From the NCBI GenBank assembly GCA_010909165.1, contig MU008177.1, positions 930,001-994,000 on the forward strand: a stretch of 64,000 bases of DNA. Reading direction: 5' to 3'. This DNA comes from Anthoceros angustus (taxonomy: Eukaryota > Plantae > Anthocerotophyta). Below are positions 49,309 to 62,238 of the stretch, one piece after another. The position numbers and the translations under genes are program-made. Position 1 is the first letter of the stretch. Each line of letters starts with the position of its first letter. Below the pieces are notes generated by a model. That model searched no databases. It was given only the letters and a program-made list of their open reading frames with translations, and was not told the origin of the DNA.

Positions 49309-52300
49309 AAAAGGAGATACCTTTTCCCAAGGCTGTTGCCCACCGTGCTTCTCAAATTCTGGAATTAGTACATGCGGATATTTTTGGCAAGATTCATGTT
49401 CCATCTTTGGGTGGTGCCCAATACTATCTAACAATCACTGACGATTACAATAGATATTCTTGGACTTACCCTTTACGTTTGAAGTCGGACACTTTTGGTG
49501 TCTTCCAAGAATGGCTGCAGATGGCTCAACGTCAGACTGGGTGCTTGCTCAAGTGCTTGCACAGACAATGGAACAGAGTTTGTGCACGGCCACTTCAACC
49601 AATATCTCCTTGACTTGGGTGTTGTTAGGCAGCTGATTGTACCGTACACTCAACAGCAGAACGGTGTTGCCGAACGCCGTAATCAAACTCTGCTAGGCAT
49701 GACAAGGAGTATGTTAGAATGGTCTGGTCTAAGTAAAGCTTTCTGGGCAGAAGCTGTGGTGACAGCAACTTACATCCTTAGCCGTATTCTGACAAGTGCT
49801 GTGGTGGGGCAAACTCCTTTTGAGGTTATGTGGCACAGGAAACCAAGTCTGCTCCACCTTCGCGTGTTTGGCTCTCCAGCATATGCATACATCCCTGAGG
49901 AGAAGCGCAGGAAGTTAGAAGATCAAGCAAAGCCTCTGTGTTTGTCGGGTATGGGGAAGAAGCTAAGGCATATAAGCTTTATGACACACTCATCAACACA
50001 ACTGTGTTCGCAAGGAGTGTGACTTTCAAGGAGCTCTTATGTCCAGCTAAACCTTATTTTGATTCTTACCCCGCGGAGGCATTTCCTCACATGAGACTTT
50101 TGATTTCGATGTCCCTTCCTCGTTCCTACAAGATGATGCTCCCTTTGTTGCACCCATCGCAAAAACATCGGATCCGAATTTAGTTGTCCCACATGTGGAA
50201 GGGGATCCTTTTGATGATCATGGCGGGGCAGATTGCGAGAAGAAGGCGATATGGTAGTGCTCTGATCCTCCTCAACTTCCTGACCAAGTTGTGCAAGTTC
50301 TGGAGAAGGAACCTGAACATGACGATGGAGGTTTCTTGGATCACACAAAACCCGATCTGCTGATGATTACTTGTTCAGCAGACTGACAAGTTGGAGTGGA
50401 TACGGTGATGATCCACTGTTGTTGAAGAAGAGCTGAACCTCCTATCGAGGACCTTGTTCAACTGGAGACGTTATCCTTCTCGAACCGTCTTCCACCTTTC
50501 GATGGTTTGTACCTCCTTATGCTTCCATTGATTTTCGGCATCCCAGGGCTAGTGTTTCTATCCCTCTAGGGGCGTCTTCTTCACAAAACCCTTGCAGGTT
50601 TGAGCCTGTCTCCTATCAAGAGGCAATTACTGGCCCCGATAAGGATCACTGGATTCCTTCTATCCAGGATGAGTACGATTCCCTAATAAAGAATGACACT
50701 TGGGAACTCTGCCCTCTGCCAAAAGGAAGAAAAGATGTCAGCTGCAAGTGGGTTTTCAAGCATAAATTAAATGCTCAGGGTGAAATCGCCCGCTATAAGT
50801 CTCGGCTTGTTGCCCGCGGTTTCTCTCAAGTCCCTGGCATCGATTTTACAGAGACATTCAGCCCTGTTGTCAAGACACAGTCAGTTCGTATGATCCTAGC
50901 TCACGTGCCAATGCAGGACTTACAACAAATGGATGTATGTACCGCTTTTCTCTATGGTAAATTAGAGGAAGACATCTACATGGAGCAACGAGGGTTTGTC
51001 GATCATGAACATCCAGATCGGGTTTGTCATCTCAAAAGGCGATTTATGGTCTCAAGCGATGCGGAATGGTACAAAACCATTGATGCTTACCTCAAGTCTA
51101 TTGGTTTTCAGCAGAACCCTGGAGATGCCAACGTTTATGTTTACTTCAAGGATGGTCACCTCGTCGTACTGGCCTTGTATGTCGATGACGCCATTCTCGC
51201 GTCAAATGATCCAGGGCTGTTAGCCTGGGTCAAAGGAATGTTGCACCAAAAATTCGACATGAAAGATATCGGGGCTCTTACCTTTGTGTTGGGTGTTCAG
51301 CTGGTCCGTGATGAGGCTGAGCATACTATTATGCTTCACCAGGCCAAATACATTGCAGAGACCCTTGGTCGTTTCCATTTGGATTCTGCCCAGTCTGTTT
51401 CTACTCCTGGCATTGCCGGTGTTAAGCTTTCCCGTGACCAGTGCCCCCAAACAGATGAGGACCGCCAGGCTATGTCTCACATTCCTTATCGTCATGCCGT
51501 TGGTTGTCTTAACTACATCAGCTGCTGGACTCGCCCGGATATACAATATGCTGTTAGCTCTGTCTCTCAGTTTCTTGATGATCCTGGTCATGCCCACTGG
51601 GGTGCAGTTAAACGTATCCTTCGGTATCTCAAAGGCACCATGAATCACGACTTATGCTTCCGAGGTCGAGATGCACTTACTCTTTGTACTGATCTTGGTA
51701 GGCCCGCGATCCGGATGCAGTGAGCATTTGACCTCTTGCTTCATGTTATCCGATGCGGCTATCCACTGGAGCTCCAAGAAGCAAGTGTCGATCGCTCTGT
51801 CCTCTACTGAGGCCGAGTACAAAGCCTTGACGGAGGCTGCCAAGGAAGCTACAGGGGCGGCATTTTTCTGTCAGACTCGGTTTCCATGATCTCGGCCTAC
51901 TCCTATCCTCTGTGACAACAAGTCCACGATTGCCATGACTGCTAACCTCATTTCCACGCCCGTACTAAGCACATCGAGGTGCATCACCATTTTGTCAGGC
52001 ACTCTGTGGAACAGAAGCGAGTCAAAATTCAGTATGTGCCAACTAATTTAAACACGGCAGACTTGCTCACCAAGTACCTGCCTGCACACAAGCATCATCT
52101 CCACATGGAGGCTATGGGCATCAGGGCCTGCTCTTAGCAGCAGCCTATGTTCTATTCTGCAGGTTGTGGTGGATGAATCTATCCTGAGCACCAAGTCGCA
52201 TGACCACAGCAACTATGGAACATGATCACTTATCCTGTGGAAGCTGACTGGCGGTGGCTATCTAGAATTGCTCCTCCAATGCTTCCTCTTCAGGGTTTCG

Positions 52301-52612
52301 GACTAATCCCTCCTCCATTTCCCTTATGTTGACCGCGACAGAGAACTGGCATTCCCAACTCAGGAGCTGCCATCTCTGCTCTATGGCGAATCCTCGCCAT
52401 TCGTTGTGGCGTTGTTGGCATTGCGTTGGCCTTCCTCGCTCCCTCCTTTTGCGTTTTCTCTACTCCTCTTGCGGGGTGATGCAATGAGAAACACGATTGC
52501 GGAGCAGGCGCCCGGAACCTGCACAAGTGAGCCGGCCATCGTCACCGTTTACGTCTCCTTTCTAACACTACCAGCGTGCTCTGCTTACGGGGGTGTGTTT
52601 GAATAAACCCCA

Positions 52613-54290
52613 AGGGAGGCATGGCTGCCCTAGCCTCGGAGGAAAGAGAGTCCTTGGCCCACTTAAGGGAAGCCTACAAAGGGAAGGCCCCCTCCTCATC
52701 GCCCAAGACAAAGGCCTCCAAGATGGGAACATCCCGAAATAAGAAACGAGCGATGAAGACGGGGGCAGAGAGGGCCCAGCTCCAATGAGGCGTAGGAATG
52801 CCTCCCCAACGATGATAGGGCGCACCCAGGCATGGGCTTCTCCATAGCCAGTAACCTTTTGGCCCCTAACACCCGAGAGATCCAATGAGGAGTCTATCTC
52901 ACCCCTGGCTTCTGCCGGCGCCAGAATGAAGAGCTAGAAGGATCCTCGAGAGCAAAGTATGAGAAACTGCTAGAAGGATCCTCGAGAGACTGCTAGAAGA
53001 GAGAGTGCTCAATGAGAAACTGCTAGAAGGATCCTCGAGAGCAAAGTAATCTCGAAGGTGATCGTAGACTGTCCCAGACAAACCACCCGCAGAAAGTTGC
53101 GGGGCAGTCGTAAGAGCCCTACCGAAGATCGCCCTTTCGAGACAAAAAGGCTCTTCCAGCACGTATTCCAGGATATCCTGTGGAATGAGGTCATCAGGGG
53201 CCGGATGAAGGGCACGGAGAGCAGAGATGGTGTCCTCAGAGGCTAGCGCTACCGGCTCTAGGCGAAGTGCCCGGGCAGCCCTCGCGTATTCCCCAGCACG
53301 GCCTAGCAAGAGACACTTCTTGAGCCGTGCCTTGGCGAGATCCTAACAGACCCGATCCACCTTGGCAGCCTCCGACCCGGATCTCGCTGCGTACCCCCTC
53401 TCTTCCTGCAGAGCTTCCAAGTCCCCGGCCCGGAACTGACGGAGACGAGACGCCACCTCCCTATGGCCGGAAGAACCACACTTGGAGCAACGAAGACACC
53501 ACAGGGAGAAAGGAGGAGTTCAAGCCGCCTCGCCCCGTGAGGTTCAATCAAGGTAATCCAGAAGAAGGAGGTAGGCAAGACGTTAACGTGCGCATTAGAA
53601 ATGCCAAAAGGCGGGGTCCCAGCGCGAGCAGTGGCGGATAATGCAATTGCATTGACCACTACCGGGACTGAAGGGGCGGGCGAGGAAGCATCCAAACTCG
53701 GAGCCAAATGTACAGCCCCACTGGATGAAGCAAGCCTCACCTGATCCTCCCAGGTGGTTCAGTCGAAGTCCTTGTGTTTGTGCCCGATGTCATATTTCAT
53801 CCCCTAGACCCCAGAACACAGCTGGGCGCAGACTGGATGGGGGGTGTCCTTGACTGCCACTAAAAGAGTGGACTACACCATAGGGGAGAGGGCACGAACA
53901 AACGAAAACGGCATAATTCAGGGAACAACCAATGACGACTGCCCTCTGCCCGAGGGTGTTAGGGTCGAGGGGGAACCAGGTGCCAAGGACAAAGCGTCCC
54001 CAACATTTACCAGATATACAGAGTGTACGCTCCGTATGGTGAGCCCCAATAGACTAGCCAAAGGCCCCCGCCCAGAGAGGCCTCAACCCGCCAAAACACC
54101 TGACAACCCACCGCAGACCGCTCAAATCCTCAAACAAAAACCTAAAACCTGCACAGTGAACATGCCGACCGCCAAAGCGAAAAGTTGGGCCCCGCCACTT
54201 CAAAACTCCACCCCTGCCTAAAAACCCAAAAGCCGCCTCAGCAGAACCCTAAACCTGTAAACCCTAAACCTGTAAACCCTAAACCTGGAA
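52613..54290 (-). mobile_element. 5' half of the same CRE-like non-LTR retrotransposon (most of the RT core appears deleted)
   Basis: GEYARAARAL..LASEDTISALRALHP, SAGGLSGTVYDHLRD and VRPIIVGEAFLRLI. It joins the 31-32 kb part across the Copia TSD. Internal ~35-bp tandem copies at ~52930-53045. Confidence 0.7.
54244..54285. repeat. Telomere-like interstitial repeat (CCCTAAACCTGTAAA)n
   Basis: aaccctaaacctgtaaaccctaaacctgtaaaccctaaacc seen directly. Confidence 0.8.
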
Positions 54291-54989
54291 GACCTGCCAA
54301 AAAACAAAAATTGGATCAATTAAAGATGTGCGGCAGGTCAAGATGAGGTGTATATCCCCCCCTGAAATGAGGAAGCTGAGTTGGAATCCACTACAACGGC
54401 TGCCATTGTGGCAGGCTCTATGATATTTTCATCCTACGCTGTCACGAGCTGGAGTGTCGACCAATTCTGGGTGGGATAGCGCTGCTCACACTTTTGTCAG
54501 TTGTCTCACCACACTTCACTTTGAAGAGTCCGAGACTCCTGGGCCCCGTACATGTACCTACTGAATTGAAAATGATTTATTTAGTGCTCCGGTTGCTCCG
54601 ATTCAGTTGGCATGTCGGCATGCCCGCTAAAGAAGGACATGTCATCTCGGCACCCACCTGCTGTACCACTGTGAGAGACTTCAGGTGGTTACGATACGTG
54701 ACAGTTCTACACACGGACAATATCGAAGGTGAGCCTGGAAAACTTCGAGACTCAGTAAGCTCCCGTTCACGAAAGCGTGGTGTTGAGAAACGGGACTGTG
54801 AGCTTCCACGGAGGGGTATTACAACGACATGAAATTCACAAAACATCTGGTGACAAAACAAGTCTAGGCTCCGCCAGAAAACATATCTCCTACAGCTCAT
54901 TGCAACAATCTCTTAAGATCTGCTCCCTTTTCGTGTCTGCAGTCTCCAATTAAAAACGTGCGAACTTCTCCCTTATGTTCTATACAGGT

Positions 54990-55660
54990 GTGCACTTGCA
55001 CTCCACCTCAACTGATCGACCTCCTTTGCATTGTGCCACATACCAGCATCAGCACGAATGCTTGACATGAGAACTTATGGCGCAGATATTGTTTAAGACA
55101 GTTTGCTACAGAAAGACAAGACTGCAAGCCACATTGTATTATACTTCTGAGTGTGAAGACAAACATCTTGCTGCATGCCTCCAGGACAGAGAGAAATGTT
55201 GCCTCATGGCCGATCACTTTTTCTTCCAAAATGTGGGCAAAGAGCTGCACAGCCTTTCCCCCATGATCCTGCTGAGCATACGCTTGCAATCATGGCAGAT
55301 CATGAAACCCATCACGCTCAGCCAAATCTAGTCAAACACCTGTTCTGCGTCCCTTGCTACAATGTAACCCAAGTGCTACCCACAAACACACCCATCTCGA
55401 AACTCATGCTCGCAGCTTCAGCAAGTACTTGCCTTCCCCTTCGGAGTGAATCATCTTTCACTTTCTGTCCATCCACTAGTGCAACTTTCTCCTCTTCGGC
55501 CATCACACAATAAGCTTCCACAGCACCATAGTACAAACGTCCGGCAAAGCTTTCAGCCGGAATCAACGGGTCTCCATTGCTGCCGTCTCTCATTGTTAGC
55601 AAATTTGAGGTGAAGGACATTTTACGAGGAGAACGAGAGGAGAGACTACGAGACATGGCT
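54990..55660 (-). pseudogene. PLS-class PPR gene remnant
   Basis: SFEMGVFVGST, AYAQQDHGGKAVQLF and ATFLSVLEACS, with stops and deletions. Confidence 0.7.
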
Positions 55661-55931
55661 GCTCCGCATCCTCTAGTTGTGACTTCCGCTTCAACTACTA
55701 GGATGCCGGGGCCGTGCTTTCTGTACACCTCCTAGACAGTTTGTAGCCGGTGTGGAAACTTCCTTGCGTGAGACCACGTGCCTATGCTTCCACTGACATG
55801 TGAGGCACTGGGAGTCCCCTCCATGTGGCGTGTGTTTCCAAAGGCTCGAAGTGAACCCTATTCACATCCTTGGCTGCATTACCTTCAGCACCTTGTGAAG
55901 CTGCAGGGCTTGAGTTCCTGGCTTTTAGAGT

Positions 55932-56900
<969 letters not shown>

Positions 56901-57492
56901 CTGAACGCCAAATTGTGTGCTCAATCTCTCTCTCCACCCATGTGGTGTCCTGGGATTGCCTAACCTTGGCCCGGTTCGATCTCACAACAGGGCCCTAACT
57001 ACGTACGGGCATGCCGTAATCTTCCATGGAACTACATACATACATATGTAGTCTCATGCCCAACAAAGTCTCGAATTCACTAGGATGATTTTCGGTAGCA
57101 TAGGCCAATATCCTGGCTGTGTACATATATCGGAGGGAGCAAAGCAAGGAGGAAGAGTGCCGGTATTTTTCCCGTAGCCGGTGGCGCTCCGGGCCATGGT
57201 GAGGCTTCCCCATCGCTACCCGATGGCCATTAAGGCTGCGGGTACGGCCTTTTAAGGCTGCGGTACGGCCTTTTAAGGCCACGTCATCACTGAGCACAAC
57301 CTCTTCCGGGGACATCCATCCCTCGTCAACCGTGTGCGCTTGACCGCGCGTCCTTCCAAACCGTGCGATGCTCGTTCCCTAGATGCTCGCCCCGGGAGCG
57401 CAGCCGATGTCCCACCCCGCCCCATCCCGCTCCGCCCCGCCGCTGCCATCGATGCTCCCCGTTCTCGCTGCCGTGGCCGCGGCGGGGCCAGG

Positions 57493-57912
57493 GAAGAAGA
57501 AGAGTTTAATTTGAGTCCACTAAGGACGGATTTCCGTCGTGGGACTTGGTACTTCAAAACTTGTACCATGGTTTGCCTAAGCTACTTGCACCAAGGGCAT
57601 CCACTCCCTTTAGAAATCAAGAGTAGACGTTATTAATAGGCGAGATGGGAAATCTCATCTACTCCCTTTAGGCACCCCATTTAAGTACCGATCTAAATGT
57701 AGGATGCTTCATAACGATGTTCATTTGGCCTAAGCCACGGGGCATTGGCCATCAACAGAATATATAAAATTAAATATACGGTTATTACAAGCTGCTTCCT
57801 ACGGTAGATAGCCTATGTATGTGTGTCCAAATTTAAGTATGTGTGTCCAAATGAAGAAGAAGAAGAAGAATTTTATTTAAGTCCACTAAGGACGGATTTC
57901 CATCATGGGACT
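57493..57912. repeat. Pair of ~50-bp direct repeats about 366 bp apart
   Basis: GAAGAAGAAGA..TTT.AGTCCACTAAGGACGGATTTCC.TC.TGGGACT at ~57493 and ~57860. Confidence 0.75.
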
Positions 57913-57995
57913 GAAATATGAGAACTGCATAGATTGCGGTATACTGGTCTGGACTAATGTAAAGATAAAATTCAAACAAGACAAATAATCTTCAA

Positions 57996-58200
57996 TCAAT
58001 CAACAGTGTTAATGAAATTGCGTGAACGAGGGCCAAACACCACCAATTCATCCCCACGAAAGAAAGCCACTTGACTGCGGACGGTACACTCAAGCAGTAA
58101 CTTCTCCTTCTTAATCTTCCATTGCAATGGTGTAAGATCCTCATTGATATATAACTGAGTTGTCCGTAACATAGACCTAGCCTTCAAATGGCTTAGGCCA
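57996..58200 (-). mobile_element. Possible LINE ORF1 C-terminal fragment
   Basis: LYINEDLTP..K...L....AFFRGDELVV resembles the end of L1/L2-type ORF1. Short, and recognised by motif only. Confidence 0.4.
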
Positions 58201-58240
58201 AATGGACACACAAACTTTAAGGACGTAGTAGTTAAGAGCT

Positions 58241-58377
58241 CTACACTACAAGCGGGACCTCGATGGGGTACTTAGAGAGGAATGCTCTATACTACAAGCG
58301 GGACTTGGATGGGGTACTTAGAGAGGAATGCGCTACACTACAAACGGGACGTAGATGGGGTACCTAGAGAGGAATGC
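58241..58377. repeat. 46-bp tandem repeat, 3 copies
   Basis: CTA(C/T)ACTACAAGCGGGAC...GATGGGGTACTTAGAGAGGAATGC. Confidence 0.9.
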
Positions 58378-59049
58378 CTCTGGTGGTAGTAGCCTAGTTT
58401 ACTCCATGGAGCAAGTTGTCCAGAGATTTCAAGGCAGTAAGGAAAGGATAGTGTTTGGTGAGTTATCCATTCATTTATGTAGGCTACATAGCCACGAGGA
58501 GAAGGCCACAATGTGCATCATCACGCCCCAGCTTGCTCCAGCACGCCCTAGCGTACGCTGTGGTATAAGCTCCTGGGCGTAATAAGAGGCCACTGTCCAA
58601 GGATGGCTTCCAACCTCGCTTCCATCGCAGCAGGGGTCGAGCTGATTCTATTCGTGCTCACAAACCTGCTGCGCTTAGTGATCATGAGGACAAGGAGCGG
58701 AAGAGACTACCTAGTCTAGGAGAATCCCAGGAGGAGCAAATGGAGAAGGAGCACGCCACGTCCACCTGCCAGCTCTGAAACTAGTTCATTTGTGCTGATG
58801 CCCATGAGCAAGGAGGAGGCTACTAGAAATTTGGGGAGAGGAGCATAGCTTGACGATATGTTACGCACAGGAGGCTACCACGTTGAGATGAACATCAGCT
58901 TGGTGATTGGGAAAGTAAGAAGATGGGATACTGTCGGCGCCAACCTTCCCAAAGATGCTCGGGGAGAGGAAGGAAGGCTGAGCCTGGTCAGGCAGCTTGA
59001 GGACACTATTAAGCTTCTTAATAGATTGAAGGATGCTTGATCAAGTTTA

Positions 59050-61485
59050 TACTCGACTTTAGTAAGTGAGAGCTATAAACTTTCTTCACTCCGATTCACT
59101 GCGAGGCCGAAAGCAGTGGGTTGAAAGGCTTAAATGCAGGTCCAGTTTAGCGGCCCAATCAGCATCTGTGTAACTTGACAACGTGAGCTTGGAGGTGCCA
59201 CTGCGTTAGTAGACAAGGCCATATCAATGTGTTCCCTTGAGATAGCGAAAGATCCTTTTCACGGTTGTCCAGTGAATACGACCTGGATTTTCAAGGAACT
59301 GTGATACTGTACTAATAGCATACTGTATATCTGGTCTTGTCCAGTTGGCGACAAAGATCAAACTGCCGACTGCATGCCTGTAAGGTACATCCTGCATGTC
59401 TTTCCTTTCATCATCAGTATGTTGACATTGCAGTCGTGTATGCTTTGTGCTTGTAGCATAGGGAGTCGTGGCTGGTCTTGCTTGGTCCAGGTTGAATTTC
59501 TTTAAGATCTCGTTCACATACTTGAATTGGTGTATGATCAGTTTTCCCTCTGATCGGACCCGTAGCAGTTGAATTCCAAGGCAAAACTTCAGTTCACCTA
59601 TGTCTTTCATATCAAACTGGCTGCTCAATTTTTGCTTAACTGCAGACAAGAGTTTCTGGTCATTTGTGGCGAGAATTACATCATCGACATAAAGAGCCAA
59701 GATCACAATGGAAGATCCCTCGGTGAGCTTGTACACATTAGTATCTGTTGTACTCTGGACAAAATGATGCTGAGCAGGTATAAGTGCATGGTGATATACC
59801 AGACTCGTCCGCTTTGTTTCAAACCATAAATGCATTTCAAGAGCTTGAGCACTTTGTGTGGGTGCTGCTTATCCTCGTATCCTTCTGGCTGCAGCATATA
59901 TAGGTCCTCGTCAAGAGCCCCATATAGAAAAGCGGTACACATGTCCATTTGTTGAAGGTCCAGATCAAGCTCAGTGGCATAAGCAAGTAAGATGCGAATG
60001 GACTGAGTCCTCACAATAGGTGAGAATGTTTCTTGATAGTCAATGCCTTCCACCTATGTAAAACCTCGAGCAACCAACCGTGCCTTATGACGTGCAACTT
60101 CACCCTTGGCATTAAGCTTGAGTTTGAAAACCCCATTTGCAGGAGATAGCCTTTCGTCCTGGTGGGAGGTCTGCAAGTATCCACGTCTTGTTCTTCACAA
60201 GGCGATACTAAGTCCTCACTTTTGCAGCCTTTCCTTGTACATGGGCGATAAAAGGCTTGAGTAGAAGGCTCATCGGGAAGAGCGGGTTGCTGACAAGGTG
60301 GGCTCGAAAATCTATGGACTGATAACGAGGTTCTGCCCATTCTTCAGGAGGTGGGCGATGACGAGTGGAACGACGAAGGACAGGAGCTGGTTCATCCGGA
60401 TCTGGAGCAGCAAAATCAGGGTCTTCAGGCTCAGGTAACTGATTATTTTCCCCCTCTGCATCCAAATCCGGTGGGTCCAGCTCGTGGTCTAAATCCATAA
60501 CAGCATCTGGAGGATTAACGGCAGCATGGACAGGTGCTATGGGTGGAGCAAGGTCGGCAGGATTTGCTAGATTTGCTGGAGCCAAAGGAGCAGCCTAACC
60601 AGGAGGTTGTGCGTGGATATCAACATCGGCAGTGGCATTAAGCTCATTGTCGTCGAGGATATTCTGATTGTATACGCATGAGATCGGGGATGGCATGTGA
60701 GTAGCAGTCGAGGCCCAGGCGAGGCACATGGTTCTCACGCTACACTCGCGCAAAGCACCGTGGATTCTGTCTCTGGACTATACAGTTTATAAGCCTTAGC
60801 ATGCTCGCTGGCCAATGAAGATAAGAGCCTGTGCACGATGATCAAGCTTCTTTCGTTTCTCCACTTGAATGTAAGCAAAAGCCTTAGATCCAAAAACCTT
60901 GAGATGGAGCAGGCTTGGTTTCTTATGCCAATACACCTCATATGGGGTCTTGTAGGGGATTGAGCTCGTGAGTACCCTATTGAGAATATACGTCGCCGTG
61001 ACAACTGCTTCAACCCAGTATCCCTGAGGTAAGCCTGCCCATATCAACATACTCCTTGTCATCCCAAGCAATATTATGTTTGGTTCTTGCGTTCTGACAC
61101 GCCATTTTGTTGGTGTGTATAAGGAACCATGAGCTGCCGCAAGATCCCAGCCTCTTAGAGAAGATCATCAAAAGATGAGTTAACAAACTCTGTTCCGTTA
61201 TCAGTTCTGAGTATTTTCAGTAGCTTTCCTGATTGCCTTTGAGCAGTGGGAGCCTCCAAGAGATAGCTCATGGACGTTGCCAGATATGTCAGCATGTACT
61301 AATTCAAGAACTGCTGTGGCTCTATGTGCAGGTGCATTTGGAAAAGAGGACTCCTTCTGCTTGGCCAATATGCATGACTCACAGACAGGTAAGTGTTTAA
61401 AACATTTAGGAAGAGGCTCCTTGTGGCATTCTGTGACAAACATATCAATGAGCTTAGCCCTATTTACATGTCTGGTGAGCCTGGG
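59050..61485 (-). mobile_element. Degenerate Copia pol (integrase-RT) related to the outer Copia
   Basis: CESCILAKQ, LELVHADI, MLGMTRSML, GIDYQETFSP, QMDMCTAFLYG, LALYVDD and WTRPDIQYA. Confidence 0.88.
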
Positions 61486-61732
61486 ATGTAGGCCGAGGTT
61501 AAATAGTGTGGTGCTGGGCCCCTTTTATGGCGATGCAAGTTGTGGTGATGTGTGGTGTGCCGGTGAGCAATGTATGCCAGTGATTGTGTCGAACCTGAAG
61601 AAAAACACTTAGAAATTTAAGGAGGAAGTGGGTATCGAGGAAGGATTTTTGGAAGATCGTATCCAGTAGGATTGAAGATGAAGGCATAACGATCACGGAG
61701 AGCAGGCGTCCAGTGACAAGGAGGAGGNTAAT

Positions 61733-61924
61733 AAAAAAGAAACAGGAAAGTCGGCACAAGAGTTTATACAATTGAAATTAATAGATATTGCAAAGAAAAA
61801 TTTTTGATACAAATCAGTAAGTGAAATTGCTTATGAGCTTGGATTTAAATATCCTTCACATTTTACCCGTTTATTTAAACAAAAGGTTGGTCAATCTCCG
61901 GTTGAATATAGAACGTTAAATTAA
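61733..61924 (+). other. Bacterial (Bacteroidetes-like) AraC-family HTH regulator C-terminal fragment directly after the N at 61728; probable contaminant
   Basis: KKETGKSAQEFIQLKLIDIAK...KSVSEIAYELGFKYPSHFTRLFKQKVGQSPVEYRTLN*. AT-rich, with a local indel stop. Confidence 0.85.
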
Positions 61925-62119
61925 GTATTTTCCAATTGAGCACTCAATGCGGTGCGTTGGCTATTGCAGGTCTTTTGCAGGTTGGGTTTGTGCGATGGTT
62001 ATTTTAGAATTTATAGTTGTCCCTTTGTGAATTGCGGGTGTCCAAACAGGGTTACACACAACGTTGGGCGGCTTTATGATGGGCTGGGAATAGCGACTGG
62101 TCAGTAGATTGCTTCGACA

Positions 62120-62238
62120 GGCCTGGGCCCTGGGCCTGGGCCTGGGCCTGGGCCTGGGCCTGGGCCTGGGCCTGGGCCTGGGCCTGGGCCTGGGCCTGGG
62201 CCTGGGCCTGGGCCTGGGCCTGGGCCTGGGCCTGGGCC
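62120..62238. repeat. (CCTGGG)n run grading into telomeric repeats
   Basis: About 20 hexamers directly contiguous with the CCCTAA/CCCTAAA tract. Confidence 0.9.

Larger units (their letters stand above)
32279..52612 (+). mobile_element. Outer Ty1/Copia element: 5' LTR 32279-32476, PBS 32477, gag-pol ~41047-42691 plus 49314-52137, residual 3' LTR 52596-52612, TSD AGGGA
   Basis: TG...CA LTR abutting TGGTATCAGAGC. CNWCGIQGHWEREC knuckle, YLDSGATSHIC, integrase QQNGVAERRNQTL, RT LALYVDD and RNase H SSTEAEY. A purine-rich tract precedes TGTTTGAATAAACCCCA. AGGGA at 32274-32278 and 52613-52617. Confidence 0.88.

Noticed and set aside
53185-53200. Other CTGATGA cores as hammerheads (also ~2563, ~41371, ~59409)
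   Set aside because: No convincing stem II plus GAAA arrangement was seen.
61487-61727. Possible LTR start (TGTAGG...) interrupting the last Copia
   Set aside because: It is cut by the gap, with no second copy, PBS or TSD to support it.
62120-62238. Novel variant telomere repeat (CCTGGG)n
   Set aside because: More simply explained as a nanopore basecalling artefact. Not claimed as biological without accurate reads.
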